A DNA stretch of 64,000 bases from Flavobacteriales bacterium (GCA_016777325.1 JADHRQ010000003.1:20354-84353); one strand, 5' to 3'; shown: positions 1 to 10,518, numbered from the stretch's first letter. Translations and numbers: made by a program. Notes: generated by a model from the letters alone, not told the origin.

Positions 1-164
1 GCTTTTATTTTACTATTAACATAAGTTTGACTTGGACCATCATCTCCAACTAAAATTGCAGCTAAATGAGGAATCTTTAAACTATTTTTCGCTCTATTCT
101 CAACAGATGATTTAATTTCATCTAAGACTTCTATTGAAACTTTTTTTCCATCTATAATTTTCAT
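1..164 (-). CDS. folD: Methylenetetrahydrofolate dehydrogenase/cyclohydrolase FolD, N-terminal fragment (gene runs off the left edge)
   Basis: My own reverse-strand translation from ATG at 164-162 gives MKIIDGKKVSIEVLDEIKSSVENRAKNSLKIPHLAAILVGDDGPSQTYVNSKIK. This matches the typical FolD N-terminus (IIDGK..., LAxILVGxDxxSxxYVxxK). It is truncated, so it is absent from the ORF track. Confidence 0.8.
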   Translation of the reverse strand, partial: MKIIDGKKVSIEVLDEIKSSVENRAKNSLKIPHLAAILVGDDGPSQTYVNSKIK

Positions 165-203
165 ATAGTTATTTTTTCAAATATACATATTGCATTAATT
201 AAT

Positions 204-1088
204 CTATTTTTTATGACTATACATTTTTTCAATAACTATAACATGAGGAAATGTAATAGCAGCAAGAAAAGTAAAAATAATTTGCAATAAATTAACTTTT
301 TGTAGATCAACATAAAAATAAAAAATCAATAAGAACGTTAAAGCTAATATAAAATAAGGCATTGAGCTTCTAATGTATTTCTTAATACTAGATGGCTTAT
401 CATCATTATAAATAAACTTGACTTGATCTTTTATTGACAATAGACTATGGAAAAAAATAAAATAAATAGCAAAACCATAAATTAATGTAGAACTTAATGT
501 AAGTATATATAATAATACAAAGAAAATAATTTCATTTATAAAATGATTTCTTAAGACTTTATTATAAACCAATAAAAATAAATACACAATTGAGACTGAA
601 AACAATGATAAAGCTAAATATGAATAGTTAAGAGATGAAATATAAAATGACGCTAAAACTTCATTAACTTCTTCTAGATTATTCATGAATATTATAATAA
701 AGAAAGCTAATCCGTGAGATATAATTAGAGATAATTTTATTTTAGAAGATAGATTAGTATTAGAAAGGTTTACTTCCCAGTGTTGTTCACCAAAATGATA
801 TACAGAAACAGCTATAAATGCTAATAAAGCAAGAGATGGAATGATATAAAAAAGGGTAAAACCAATAATTACAATCATTAAATAATAGAAAAAGAATAAA
901 TTATGATTCTTATTAGATTCTTTAGTTGAATATCTGTTAATTATTAACAGGTCATTAGCTCCATGAATAACACCTATCGATAAAATTAATATAAAACCCA
1001 ATATATTTTCATAAACATCTGAAATAAAATAACTTACGATTAAAGAAGTTAAAATTATTGATATTCTAGATTTGATAATTTTATTCAT
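204..1088 (-). CDS. blh: Brp/Blh-family beta-carotene 15,15'-dioxygenase (retinal synthesis)
   Basis: 294-aa polytopic membrane ORF with four His-containing motifs (GVIHGANDL, YHFGEQHW, FFHSLLS, TFPHV), as in Brp/Blh enzymes. It lies divergently next to the rhodopsin gene. Confidence 0.8.
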   Translation of the reverse strand: MNKIIKSRISIILTSLIVSYFISDVYENILGFILILSIGVIHGANDLLIINRYSTKESNKNHNLFFFYYLMIVIIGFTLFYIIPSLALLAFIAVSVYHFGEQHWEVNLSNTNLSSKIKLSLIISHGLAFFIIIFMNNLEEVNEVLASFYISSLNYSYLALSLFSVSIVYLFLLVYNKVLRNHFINEIIFFVLLYILTLSSTLIYGFAIYFIFFHSLLSIKDQVKFIYNDDKPSSIKKYIRSSMPYFILALTFLLIFYFYVDLQKVNLLQIIFTFLAAITFPHVIVIEKMYSHKK

Positions 1089-1195
1089 AAATCATTGAAT
1101 TATTGTTAAAAAAGATAAGATTTTTTTTCAAATAACCTTTTTTTTAATGGTTATTTTATTTAATTTACTTTTTATAAACAATAATTAATTTAATT

Positions 1196-1912
1196 ATGGA
1201 AAATTTATTAAGTATTTTACCAGTTTTAGCGACTGATTTAAGCTTGACAGATTTCACTTTTTGGATTGGATTTGCAGCAATGTTTGCAGCAACTCTTTTC
1301 TTCTTCAGTGCTATGAATTTAGTTGCTGATAAGTGGAAAACTTCAATGCTAGTTTCAGCTCTTATTACTGCTATTGCAGCTCTTCATTATTATTATATGA
1401 GAAATGCTGCTATGGAAGGCGACATAACAACTGCCTACAGATATGTAGATTGGATCTTAACTGTACCACTAATGTGTGTTGAGTTTTATCTAATTTTAAA
1501 GCCATCTGGTGCTACAAAAAGTCTGTTATGGAAGTTAATTGCTCTTTCAGTCATAATGCTTGTTACTGGATACTTCGGTGAAGCAGGTATTGGACCTCTA
1601 GACGCTCAGTTATGGGGTCTTGCTTCAGGGTTAGCATATTTTGCTATTGTTGCTGAAGTTATGTTTGGTGGCGCATCAAAACTTGCTAAATCAGCAGGAG
1701 GAAATGTTGAAAGCGCACATAAAATGTTATGTAAATTCGTACTTATAGGTTGGGCTATTTATCCAATAGGATATATGGCTGGTACTGACGGATGGTATAG
1801 TGGTATCTTTAGTGGCCTTGCTGGTCAAATGGATGTTATCTATAACGTTGGTGATGCAGTTAACAAAATCGGTTTCGGTCTTGTTGTGTATAACCTTGCT
1901 GTATCTAAGTAA
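1196..1912 (+). CDS. Proteorhodopsin (light-driven proton pump, DTE type)
   Basis: 238 aa with seven hydrophobic helices. Helix-C motif RYVDWILTVPLMCVEF carries the Asp acceptor, Thr and Glu donor. His is present in ALHYYYM, and the Schiff-base Lys in GDAVNKIGFGL. Confidence 0.92.
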   Translation: MENLLSILPVLATDLSLTDFTFWIGFAAMFAATLFFFSAMNLVADKWKTSMLVSALITAIAALHYYYMRNAAMEGDITTAYRYVDWILTVPLMCVEFYLILKPSGATKSLLWKLIALSVIMLVTGYFGEAGIGPLDAQLWGLASGLAYFAIVAEVMFGGASKLAKSAGGNVESAHKMLCKFVLIGWAIYPIGYMAGTDGWYSGIFSGLAGQMDVIYNVGDAVNKIGFGLVVYNLAVSK

Positions 1913-1930
1913 TTTACATTCAGATAATTT

Positions 1931-1960
1931 AAAAGTCACCTTCGGGTGACTTTTTTTTTT
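1931..1960. terminator. Bidirectional intrinsic terminator between the convergent rhodopsin and argS genes
   Basis: aaaagtcacc-ttcg-ggtgactttt forms a perfect 10-bp stem with a tetraloop. It is followed by a T-run on the plus strand and preceded by As, which read as a T-rich tail on the minus strand. The argS stop codon (1959-1961) overlaps the T-run. Confidence 0.75.
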
Positions 1961-3731
1961 ACATTTTATCTGGTAAATCAATTCCCAAAAGATCACATGC
2001 AGATTCAATTATATGACTTGTCTTTTGAGATATAATTAAGCGAACGGAAGTTGATTCTTTGGTTTCTGAGTTAAGTATGTGGTGATTCTGATAAAGTGAA
2101 TTATAATTTCTGACTAAATCATATAAGTAATTAGCAATTAGTGCGGGTGAAAGCTCCTTATATGAACCGATTATTACTGAAGGATATTCATAAATAGTTT
2201 TAATGACTTCTTTTTCTTTCTGATTAAGCTGATAACTCTTATCGATTTGAATATCTTTATTTACTTTTTTCAAAATAGATTTAATTCTTACATAAGCATA
2301 CTGAATAAATGGACCAGTATTTCCACTTAGATCAATTGATTCTTCAGGGTTAAATAAAATATTCTTCTTAGGATCAACCTTTAAAATATAATATTTAAGA
2401 GCACCCAATGCTATTTTTTTATATTCATCATAATCCAAAGTTTCATTATTTGACTTATACTTATCTAAACTCTCAGTAGTATGTTTAACAGTATCAATTA
2501 AATCATAAATTAAATCATCTGCATCAACGACAGTACCCTCTCTGCTTTTCATTTTTCCTGAAGGTAAATCTACCATTCCATAACTTAAATGAAATAAATT
2601 ATCAGCCCAATCATATCCTAATTTATTTAATATTTTAAAAAGCACTTTAAAATGATAATCTTGTTCATTACCTACAGTATATATCATTCCTTTAACATTA
2701 GAATTATCAGCAATTCTTTGAACTGCTGTTCCTAAATCTTGAGTCATATATACAGATGTTCCATCAGATCTTAATAGAAGTTTTTGATCAAGACCTTCGT
2801 TATCAAGGTTTATCCAAACTGAAGAATCTTCTCTTTCGTACAATACGCCTTTTTTAAGACCCTCTTCCATAATATTCTTACCTAAAAGATAAGTCTCGCT
2901 TTCGTAGTAGTTTTTATCAAAAGACACACCCAATAAACTGTATGTTTTATCAAAACCATCATAAACCCAATCATTCATCATTTTCCAAACCTGTCTGGTT
3001 TCTTTATTATTTTTCTCCCAATTCATTAACTCCTTTTTAGCAGCTTTCATAATCTCAGTGTTTTCAGAAGCAACATCCTTATCCATTCCAGAGTCAATTA
3101 GTTGACTCATTTGATCTTTATGAACTTTATCAAACATTATATAATAATCACCAACAAATTTATCTCCTTTAGTATTTTTTGACTTAGGAGTAGCTCCTTC
3201 TGCAAATTGCTTCCATGCTACCATAGATTTACATATATGAATGCCACGGTCATTAATTATTTGAACCTTTTGAACTTTCTTACCATTAGCTTCTAAAATT
3301 TTAGAAATAGAATAACCTAATAGATTATTTCTTATATGCCCTAAGTGTAGAGGTTTATTTGTGTTAGGAGATGAAAACTCTACAATATAAGTATCGTTAG
3401 TACTTTCAACTTTTCCAAAATTCAAATCATTTTTAATTCTATCTATAAAATTAATGTAATATGCATCAGAGACTGTAAGGTTTAAAAATCCACCTACTAT
3501 GTTGAAATCAATAATATAAATTGAATTTTTGATTAAACTCTCACCAAGTATTTTACCTATTTCTGAAACTTGATCTTTGTTGATTAGTTTAAAAAATGGA
3601 AAAAGAACTATGGTAATATCTCCATCAAAGTCTTTTTTAGTATTTTGGATTTCAATTTTTTCAACTTTGATATCATAATTTTTAAATAAAAAATTAAAAG
3701 TTAAGTTTGAAATCTCTAATTTGATTTCCAT
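1959..3731 (-). CDS. argS: Arginine--tRNA ligase
   Basis: 590 aa. Class-I HIGH motif in SSPNTNKPLHLGHIRN, and ArgRS-like length and layout. Confidence 0.93.
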   Translation of the reverse strand: MEIKLEISNLTFNFLFKNYDIKVEKIEIQNTKKDFDGDITIVLFPFFKLINKDQVSEIGKILGESLIKNSIYIIDFNIVGGFLNLTVSDAYYINFIDRIKNDLNFGKVESTNDTYIVEFSSPNTNKPLHLGHIRNNLLGYSISKILEANGKKVQKVQIINDRGIHICKSMVAWKQFAEGATPKSKNTKGDKFVGDYYIMFDKVHKDQMSQLIDSGMDKDVASENTEIMKAAKKELMNWEKNNKETRQVWKMMNDWVYDGFDKTYSLLGVSFDKNYYESETYLLGKNIMEEGLKKGVLYEREDSSVWINLDNEGLDQKLLLRSDGTSVYMTQDLGTAVQRIADNSNVKGMIYTVGNEQDYHFKVLFKILNKLGYDWADNLFHLSYGMVDLPSGKMKSREGTVVDADDLIYDLIDTVKHTTESLDKYKSNNETLDYDEYKKIALGALKYYILKVDPKKNILFNPEESIDLSGNTGPFIQYAYVRIKSILKKVNKDIQIDKSYQLNQKEKEVIKTIYEYPSVIIGSYKELSPALIANYLYDLVRNYNSLYQNHHILNSETKESTSVRLIISQKTSHIIESACDLLGIDLPDKM

Positions 3732-3739
3732 CTATTGTT

Positions 3740-5035
3740 TTATGAAATTGTTCTATGAGTTGGTCCATTGTAAATTTGCCTTGGTCTACCAATTGGGTTA
3801 TTAGAATCTCTCATTTCTTTCCATTGAGCAATCCATCCCGGCATTCTTCCTAAAGCAAACATAACAGTAAACATATCTGTTGGTATACCTAAAGCTCGAT
3901 ATATTATACCTGAATAGAAATCAACGTTAGGGTATAGTTTTTTTTGAATAAAGTATTCATCACTTAAAGCCTTTTCTTCAATTGATTTAGCAATATCTAA
4001 GATCGGATCTTCAATTCCTAAGTCATTTAAAACTTGATCAGCTGCTTTCTTAATAATTTTAGCTCTTGGATCAAAGTTTTTATAAACTCTATGACCAAAT
4101 CCCATTAATCTGAAAGGATCTGACTTATCTTTTGCTTTATTTAAATATTTATCAATATCTGAATTATCATTTTTTATAAGCTCAAGCATCTCAATTACAG
4201 CCTGGTTTGCACCACCATGAAGTCTTCCCCATAAAGCAGATATTCCAGCTGAAATAGACGCATATAATCCAGCATATGAAGATCCAACTATTCTTACAGT
4301 TGAAGTAGAACAGTTTTGTTCATGATCAGCATGGAGAATTAAAAGAGTGTTCAGTGCATTAACTATAATATTATTTTGAACATACTCTTGATTAGGTTTA
4401 GCAAACATCATGTATGCAATATTTTCTGTATAAGAAAGATTATTATTACTATAATTTAATGGTAAACCTTTAATCTTTCTAAGTGTCCAAGATGACATAA
4501 TTGGAAACTTTGCAAGTAGACGAACTGTAGATATATACATTTTATCATCAGCAGAAACACCTTCCTTATCATTTAGAGAAATCTTAGTCTCGTTTTGTGG
4601 GTTAAATGCTATTAAGGCTGATGTTAAAGAAGATAAAACACCCATTGGATGAGCAGATTTAGGAAAACTCTTAAAAATTTGTTTTAAATCTTCATCAACA
4701 AGTGATTCTTCTCTTATATCATTTTGAAATTTTTCAATTTGATCTTTAGTGGGTAAATCTCCAAAGATTAATAGGTAAGTTACCTCTAGAAAGGATTTTT
4801 TTTGACATAATTCTTCAACTGAATAACCTCTGTATCTTAGAATACCATTTTCACCGTCAAGATAAGTTATATTACTAATACAGTGACCCGTATTCTTATA
4901 TCCTGGATCATAAGTAATTAGTCCAACCTCAGATCTTAAATTCTTAATATCAATAGCCTCTTCATTTTCTGAGCCGGTTAATACAGGAAAGGTAAAAGAC
5001 TTACCGTTATATTCAATTTTTGCAGACTTATCCAT
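3740..5035 (-). CDS. gltA: Citrate synthase
   Basis: 431 aa. Citrate synthase signature GFGHRVYKNFDPRA and the HADHEQN active-site region. Confidence 0.95.
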   Translation of the reverse strand: MDKSAKIEYNGKSFTFPVLTGSENEEAIDIKNLRSEVGLITYDPGYKNTGHCISNITYLDGENGILRYRGYSVEELCQKKSFLEVTYLLIFGDLPTKDQIEKFQNDIREESLVDEDLKQIFKSFPKSAHPMGVLSSLTSALIAFNPQNETKISLNDKEGVSADDKMYISTVRLLAKFPIMSSWTLRKIKGLPLNYSNNNLSYTENIAYMMFAKPNQEYVQNNIIVNALNTLLILHADHEQNCSTSTVRIVGSSYAGLYASISAGISALWGRLHGGANQAVIEMLELIKNDNSDIDKYLNKAKDKSDPFRLMGFGHRVYKNFDPRAKIIKKAADQVLNDLGIEDPILDIAKSIEEKALSDEYFIQKKLYPNVDFYSGIIYRALGIPTDMFTVMFALGRMPGWIAQWKEMRDSNNPIGRPRQIYNGPTHRTIS

Positions 5036-5051
5036 TAATAATGTGTTTATA

Positions 5052-5059
5052 CAAATTTA
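5052..5059 (-). promoter_or_regulatory. Candidate Bacteroidota sigma-A -7 box (TAAATTTG) for gltA-argS
   Basis: The minus strand reads C-TAAATTTG-TATAAACACATTATTA-ATG, 16 nt before the gltA start. It matches the TAnnTTTG consensus and lies in the 67-nt eno-gltA gap. Confidence 0.4.
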
Positions 5060-5102
5060 GATTACCTGTGGTTAAGAAAAAAATTAAATAAAATTTATAT
5101 TT

Positions 5103-6395
5103 CTAAAGGTTCAAATTAAAAGCACTTTTTCCTAGATATTTAGATTTATCCCCTAACTCTTCTTCGATCCTGAGTAATTGATTGTACTTTGCCATTCTAT
5201 CACTTCTTGACATTGAACCAGTTTTTATTTGGCCTGTATTAAAGGCAACACACAAATCTGATATTGTAGAATCCTCAGTCTCTCCAGATCTATGTGAAAT
5301 AACTGAAGTAAAATTATTTTCTGCGGCGAGGTTTATTGCTGAAATTGTTTCAGTCAATGATCCAACTTGATTAAACTTAATCAAAATAGAATTACCTATT
5401 TTTTCATTAATTCCTTTTGTTAATCTTGAAATATCAGTAACAAAAAGATCATCACCAACTAATTGAACCTTATCTCCTATTCTATCTGTTAATAGCTTCC
5501 AACCCTCCCAATCATCTTCATCCATTCCATCTTCAATAGAAATTATTGGATATTTTTCACAAAGTTGAACTAAAAAATCAACTTGTTGTTCAGAAGTCAG
5601 TCGAGTAGAATTATTCTTTTCAAATATTGAATAATCATAAAGATTATCTTTATAAAACTCAGCAGCAGCACAATCTAATGCAATCATAATATCTTTATTC
5701 ATTTGATATCCTGCTTTTTCTACAGCTTGAATTATTGTATTAATAGCATCCTCTGTACCATCTAAATCTGGAGCAAAACCTCCCTCATCACCAACTGCAG
5801 TAGAAAGTCCTCGTGACTTGAGTATTGACTTCAAGTTATGAAACACCTCATTACCAATTTGAAGGGCATGAGTAAAACTAGATGCACCGACTGGAACAAT
5901 CATAAATTCTTGAAAAGAAATTGGAGAATCAGAATGACTACCACCATTTATAATATTCATTAAAGGAACAGGAAGAACATTTGAGTTTTCATTTCCTAGA
6001 TACTTGAAAAGTGATATATTTTTTTCTTTTGCAGCAGCCTTAGAAACAGCTAACGATACTGATAAAATAGAATTAGCACCTAGCTTAGATTTGTTAGAAG
6101 TACTATCTAGATTAATCATTTTTGAATCAATTAAAGATTGATCAAAAACAGATAAACCTTCTAGCTCTGTAAAAATAACATCATTAACATTTTTAACAGC
6201 CTCAAAAACAGATTTACCCATATAAGTATTTAATCCATCTCTAAGCTCAACAGCTTCATGTTGACCTGTTGATGCACCTGATGGGACTGCAGCTCTTCCC
6301 ATAATACCATTTGTAGTAATAACATCAGTTTCAACTGTAGGATTTCCTCTTGAATCAAATATTTGTCTAGCAACAATATTTTTTATTTTAGTCAT
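5103..6395 (-). CDS. eno: Enolase (phosphopyruvate hydratase)
   Basis: Signature [14 protein letters not shown] and N-terminus [22 protein letters not shown]. The track ORF (to 6527) adds 44 non-conserved codons that overlap carA. I start at Met45 (ATG 6395), 1 nt after the carA stop. Confidence 0.95.
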   Translation of the reverse strand: MTKIKNIVARQIFDSRGNPTVETDVITTNGIMGRAAVPSGASTGQHEAVELRDGLNTYMGKSVFEAVKNVNDVIFTELEGLSVFDQSLIDSKMINLDSTSNKSKLGANSILSVSLAVSKAAAKEKNISLFKYLGNENSNVLPVPLMNIINGGSHSDSPISFQEFMIVPVGASSFTHALQIGNEVFHNLKSILKSRGLSTAVGDEGGFAPDLDGTEDAINTIIQAVEKAGYQMNKDIMIALDCAAAEFYKDNLYDYSIFEKNNSTRLTSEQQVDFLVQLCEKYPIISIEDGMDEDDWEGWKLLTDRIGDKVQLVGDDLFVTDISRLTKGINEKIGNSILIKFNQVGSLTETISAINLAAENNFTSVISHRSGETEDSTISDLCVAFNTGQIKTGSMSRSDRMAKYNQLLRIEEELGDKSKYLGKSAFNLNL

Positions 6396-6396
6396 A

Positions 6397-7491
6397 TTAT
6401 TTAAGTTTGGATAAGAATTGATCAAAAAGATAGTTGCCATCATTTGGTCCAGGTCCAGCCTCAGGATGATACTGAACAGAAAAACAATTTTTACCTTCAA
6501 TCTCAAGACCAGCAACTGTTTGATCATTTAGATGTTTATGTGAAATCTTAACAGAACTATTTGATATTGCAGTATCATAATCAACAGCGAAACCATGATT
6601 TTGAGATGTTATTTCACCTTTTCCGGTATTTAAATTTAAAACTGGGTGATTGATACCTCTATGACCATTAAACATTTTATATGTTTTAATTCCATTTGCA
6701 AGAGCTATTATCTGATGTCCTAGGCATATTCCAAATAATGGATAGTTTTTATCTAGAATTTTTTTAGTTGTATCTATAACCTTAGTTAATGGTTTAGGGT
6801 CTCCTGGACCATTTGAAAGAAAAAAACCATTTGGTTTAAATTTTAACATTTCATCAAGATCAGTATCATAAGGAAAAACCTTTGTATATATATCTCTTCT
6901 AGAGAAATTATCAAGTATATTTTTCTTTATACCAAGATCAAGTACAGCTAATCTTATCTTTGAATTACTATCACCATATTCATAAGAATTCTGAGTTGAA
7001 ACCTTTGATGCTAATTCTAGACCGTCCATAATTGGAAAGTCTTTTAATTTTTTTTTGATTTCATCAATATTATCAATCTCTGTTGTAATTGCTGCATTCA
7101 TTGCTCCATTATCTCTTATATATCTAACTAAGGCTCTAGTATCAACTTCACTTAAAGTAACAAGATTATTTGATTGAAACCATTTTTTTAAAGATTCAGA
7201 ATTAGATCTAGAATTAACAGAACTAAAGGTTTTGCAAATTAAACCACTAATAAAAATTTTTTGAGATTGCGATTCAGATTTTTTAATACCATAATTCCCA
7301 ATATGAGCCGCAGTAGTAACCATGATTTGGCCAAAATATGATGGATCAGTAAAAATTTCTTGATAACCTGTTACACCAGTATTAAAGCAAATTTCACCAT
7401 ATGAAGTGCCTTCAATTCCTGCAGAACGACCATAAAAAGTAGTACCATCAGCTAATAGTACAAGACCTTTTTTTCTTTTTTCGTTGGACAT
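6397..7491 (-). CDS. carA: Carbamoyl-phosphate synthase small (glutaminase) subunit
   Basis: 364 aa. Class-I amidotransferase motifs [10 protein letters not shown] and QYHPEA, plus a CarA-type N-domain (LVLADGT.F.G...G). Confidence 0.93.
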   Translation of the reverse strand: MSNEKRKKGLVLLADGTTFYGRSAGIEGTSYGEICFNTGVTGYQEIFTDPSYFGQIMVTTAAHIGNYGIKKSESQSQKIFISGLICKTFSSVNSRSNSESLKKWFQSNNLVTLSEVDTRALVRYIRDNGAMNAAITTEIDNIDEIKKKLKDFPIMDGLELASKVSTQNSYEYGDSNSKIRLAVLDLGIKKNILDNFSRRDIYTKVFPYDTDLDEMLKFKPNGFFLSNGPGDPKPLTKVIDTTKKILDKNYPLFGICLGHQIIALANGIKTYKMFNGHRGINHPVLNLNTGKGEITSQNHGFAVDYDTAISNSSVKISHKHLNDQTVAGLEIEGKNCFSVQYHPEAGPGPNDGNYLFDQFLSKLK

Positions 7492-7511
7492 TTCGGAAAG
7501 TAAAATTAAAC

Positions 7512-7545
7512 AAAAAAAGGATATATGAAAAACATATATCCTTTT
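7512..7545 (-). terminator. Intrinsic terminator after rplQ (end of the ribosomal super-operon)
   Basis: ggatatatg-aaaaa-catatatcc is a 9-bp core stem, extendable by A:T pairs. It is followed on the minus strand by a 7-nt T-run (plus-strand As at 7512-7518). It lies 23 nt downstream of the rplQ stop. Confidence 0.7.
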
Positions 7546-7567
7546 GTTAATTACTTTTTAAAAGCAG

Positions 7568-8005
7568 CTATTCAGTGCTTGATTCTGAAATAGATTCTGC
7601 AGCTGGTTCTTCAATTACTTTAGAAGATGAATTATTGTTATAAATGTTATTAAAGTCAACTAATTCAATCATTGCCATAGATGCATTATCACCCAATCGA
7701 TTACCTAATTTGATAATTCTTGTATAACCACCCTGTCTGTCGGCAATCTTTTTTGAGATTTCATCAAATAAAATTTGAACACCAACTTTATTTCTTAGTT
7801 TACTAAAACACAATCTTCTATTATGAACATTGTCATTCTTAGATTTGGTAATTAAAGGTTCAATAAATATTTTTAAAGCTTTAGCTTTTGTAGAACTAGT
7901 TGTAATCCTTTTGTGCTCTAAAAGAGAAACAGCCATATTTGCAAGCATTGCCTTTCTATGAGCAGTTTTTCTACCAAGTTTTATATTTTTCTTACCGTGT
8001 CTCAT
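7568..8005 (-). CDS. rplQ: 50S ribosomal protein L17 (with short acidic C-terminal tail)
   Basis: N-terminus [24 protein letters not shown]. It sits immediately after rpoA, as in the alpha operon. Confidence 0.96.
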   Translation of the reverse strand: MRHGKKNIKLGRKTAHRKAMLANMAVSLLEHKRITTSSTKAKALKIFIEPLITKSKNDNVHNRRLCFSKLRNKVGVQILFDEISKKIADRQGGYTRIIKLGNRLGDNASMAMIELVDFNNIYNNNSSSKVIEEPAAESISESSTE

Positions 8006-8008
8006 TAT

Positions 8009-9001
8009 TTAATCTTTATCTAATTTATATTTTGAAAGATCCATTCCAAAAGAAAGCCCCTTAAGTATAACTAATTCTTCTAATTCTGTTAAAGATTTTC
8101 TACCAAAATTTCTAAATTTCATTAGATCATTTTTATTAAACGATACTAGATCACCAAGAGTATCTACCTCTGCAGCCTTAAGACAATTTAACGCTCTAAC
8201 AGATAAATCCATATCTATAAGTTTAGTTTTTAATAGTTGTCTCATGTGAAGAGATTCCTCATCATAAGTTTCAGATTGATCAATTTCATCTGCTTCTAAA
8301 GTAATTAGTTCATCAGAAAACAGCATGAAATGATGAATTAAAATTTTAGCTGCTTCAGTAAGAGCATCCTTTGGATGAATAGAACCATCAGTGACTATTT
8401 CAAAAACTAATTTTTCATAATCAGTTTTTTGTTCAACTCTATAATTCTCAATGTTATACTTAACATTCTTAATTGGAGTATATATTGAATCAATTGCAAT
8501 TACCCCTACAGATTCACTTTGTTTTTTATTTTCTTCAGCAGGTACGTAACCTCTTCCTTTTTCAATATTAAGTTCAATAGAAAGCTTAACATTTTTTTCT
8601 AAACTACAAATAACTAAGTCAGGATTTAATATCTGAAAACCAGAAATAAATTTTTGAAGGTGGGATGCTTTTAAAACTTCTTGGTTGCCTACAATAACAT
8701 TTATCTTTTCATTTTCAACATCATCAATTTGTCTTTTTAATCTAATTTGCTTGATATTAAGAATTATTTCCATTACATCCTCAACAACACCTTCTATAGT
8801 AGAGAATTCATGATCAACACCTTCTATTTTCACAGAAGTAAAGGCATAACCTTCTAAAGATGATAACAAAACTCTTCTAAGAGCATTACCAATAGTCAAA
8901 CCATAACCTGGTTCAAGTGGTCTAAATTCGAATTTACCATGAGATTCCGTAGAATCTATCATGATTACTTTATCTGGTTTTTGAAAGTTTAAAATTGCCA
9001 T
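8009..9001 (-). CDS. rpoA: DNA-directed RNA polymerase alpha subunit
   Basis: 330 aa. Contains [20 protein letters not shown] and a C-terminal domain with [10 protein letters not shown]. It lies between rpsD and rplQ. Confidence 0.97.
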   Translation of the reverse strand: MAILNFQKPDKVIMIDSTESHGKFEFRPLEPGYGLTIGNALRRVLLSSLEGYAFTSVKIEGVDHEFSTIEGVVEDVMEIILNIKQIRLKRQIDDVENEKINVIVGNQEVLKASHLQKFISGFQILNPDLVICSLEKNVKLSIELNIEKGRGYVPAEENKKQSESVGVIAIDSIYTPIKNVKYNIENYRVEQKTDYEKLVFEIVTDGSIHPKDALTEAAKILIHHFMLFSDELITLEADEIDQSETYDEESLHMRQLLKTKLIDMDLSVRALNCLKAAEVDTLGDLVSFNKNDLMKFRNFGRKSLTELEELVILKGLSFGMDLSKYKLDKD

Positions 9002-9006
9002 ATTTT

Positions 9007-9612
9007 TTATTTTGAGTATAATTCAACGATTAATTGTTCTTTAATGTTTTCTGGAATCTGTTCTCTTTCTGGAATTGTAACAAACTCTCCTTCAAGTCTT
9101 TCTCTGTTAAACTTGATCCAATCGTATTCAGAGCTATTTTCCCTCAGAGAGCTCTCAATAGCCTTTAATGATTTTGATTTTTCTCTAATTGAAACCAAAT
9201 CACCTGGTTTGAGGGTATAAGATGGGATATTAACAATAGAACCATTAACAGTTACATGTTTGTGAGAAACTAACTGTCTAGCTCCATCTCTTGTTTTTGA
9301 AATACCCATTCTATATACAACATTATCTAGTCTAGATTCACATAGCTGAAGTAATAATTCACCTGTGATACCTTTTCCAACTTTAGCTTTATCATAAATG
9401 TTTTTAAACTGTTTTTCAAGAATACCATAAGTATACTTGGCTTTCTGTTTTTCCATTAATTGAATAGCATATTCAGATTTTTTTCCTCTTCTCTTTGCAT
9501 TACCATGTTGTCCTGGAGGATAATTTTTTTTCTCTAGAGTACGATCTTCTCCAAAAAGTGGTTCACCGAACTTTCTTGAAATTTTTGTTTTAGGTCCTGT
9601 ATATCTTGCCAT
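9007..9612 (-). CDS. rpsD: 30S ribosomal protein S4
   Basis: [18 protein letters not shown]-terminus, 201 aa, and an S4 RNA-binding domain. Confidence 0.97.
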   Translation of the reverse strand: MARYTGPKTKISRKFGEPLFGEDRTLEKKNYPPGQHGNAKRRGKKSEYAIQLMEKQKAKYTYGILEKQFKNIYDKAKVGKGITGELLLQLCESRLDNVVYRMGISKTRDGARQLVSHKHVTVNGSIVNIPSYTLKPGDLVSIREKSKSLKAIESSLRENSSEYDWIKFNRERLEGEFVTIPEREQIPENIKEQLIVELYSK

Positions 9613-9627
9613 TTATATTTTAATTAA

Positions 9628-10011
9628 TTAAACTCTTCTTCTTTTAGGTGGTCTACATCCATTATGAGGCACTGGAGTTACATCAATAATCTCAGATACT
9701 TCTAGACCATTATTATGAAGTGTTCTTATAGCTGATTCTCTTCCATTACCTGGTCCTTTTACAAGAACTTTAATTCTTCTAAGACCTGCATCATGGGCAA
9801 CTTTAGCACAATCTTCAGCAGCAGTTTGAGCAGCAAATGGAGTGTTCTTTTTAGAACCTCTAAAGCCCATTTTTCCAGCAGAAGACCATGAAATTACTTC
9901 CCCTTTTAAATTTGTTAATGATATAATTATATTATTAAATGAAGCATTAATATGAGCCTCACCTACTGAATCTACAATTACTTTTCTTTTTTTATTAGTT
10001 GATTTTGCCAT
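9628..10011 (-). CDS. rpsK: 30S ribosomal protein S11
   Basis: 127 aa. The C-terminus [18 protein letters not shown] is diagnostic. Confidence 0.97.
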   Translation of the reverse strand: MAKSTNKKRKVIVDSVGEAHINASFNNIIISLTNLKGEVISWSSAGKMGFRGSKKNTPFAAQTAAEDCAKVAHDAGLRRIKVLVKGPGNGRESAIRTLHNNGLEVSEIIDVTPVPHNGCRPPKRRRV

Positions 10012-10013
10012 AA

Positions 10014-10388
10014 TTACTTAGTCGCTTTTTTCTTGTTAGCTACAGTTTTTCTTTTACCTTTTCTAGTTCTAGAATTATTTTTTGTTCTTTGACCTCTTAA
10101 AGGAAGACCTGTTCTATGTCTTATTCCTCTATAACTCCCAATATCCATTAATCTTTTAATGTTCAATTGAGTTTCTGATCTTAATTCACCTTCAATTGTA
10201 AGACTACCAACAACATCCCTTACACTAGCTATGTCTTTATCATCCCAATCTGCAACTTTTTTATTAGGGTCTACTTTTGCATTATCTAATATTGTAATTG
10301 CTAAGCTTCTACCAATACCATATATATATGTAAGAGAAATTGCTCCTCTTTTTTCTTTTGGTATATCAATTCCTGAAATTCTTGCCAT
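10014..10388 (-). CDS. rpsM: 30S ribosomal protein S13
   Basis: [11 protein letters not shown]-terminus, [21 protein letters not shown], 124 aa. Confidence 0.97.
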   Translation of the reverse strand: MARISGIDIPKEKRGAISLTYIYGIGRSLAITILDNAKVDPNKKVADWDDKDIASVRDVVGSLTIEGELRSETQLNIKRLMDIGSYRGIRHRTGLPLRGQRTKNNSRTRKGKRKTVANKKKATK

Positions 10389-10390
10389 AA

Positions 10391-10507
10391 TTAACCTTGT
10401 CTTTGTTTAAACCTTGGATTTTTTTTGTTAATGACATATAATCGTCCTTTTCTTCGAACGATTTTACATTCACTACTTCTTTTTTTTATTGATGCTTTAA
10501 CTTTCAT
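10391..10507 (-). CDS. rpmJ: 50S ribosomal protein L36 (C-minus / type B form)
   Basis: Below the ORF-track size cut-off. My own translation is [38 protein letters not shown] (38 aa). It has the canonical position between infA and rpsM, and only one Cys remains of the zinc-ribbon ligands. Confidence 0.9.
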   Translation of the reverse strand: MKVKASIKKRSSECKIVRRKGRLYVINKKNPRFKQRQG

Positions 10508-10518
10508 TTTAATTTGTT

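Noticed and set aside
1161-1168. TAATTTAC upstream of the rhodopsin gene considered as a -7 promoter box
   Set aside because: It has two mismatches to the TTTG core of TAnnTTTG. In a nearly pure A/T spacer such near-matches are expected by chance.
1196-1912. Possibility that the rhodopsin is a sodium pump, chloride pump or sensory rhodopsin
   Set aside because: The helix-C triad is D-T-E (RYVDWILTVPLMCVEF), not NDQ or NTQ. There is no adjacent transducer gene. The carboxylate donor Glu argues for an outward proton pump.
1727-2008. 93-aa minus-strand ORF spanning the 3' end of the rhodopsin gene, the terminator hairpin and the end of argS
   Set aside because: It is antisense to a well-supported gene and runs through a terminator and another gene's stop. 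Its composition is typical of a shadow ORF in A/T-rich DNA.
6396-6527. N-terminal extensions in the ORF track for eno (to 6527), rplX (to 15754), rpmC (to 16569), rpmB (to 37973), the symporter (from 41734), secE (to 61130) and tuf (to 62463)
   Set aside because: The extensions overlap the upstream gene, a tRNA or a promoter box, and do not match the conserved N-termini. Internal Met codons reproduce the canonical starts.
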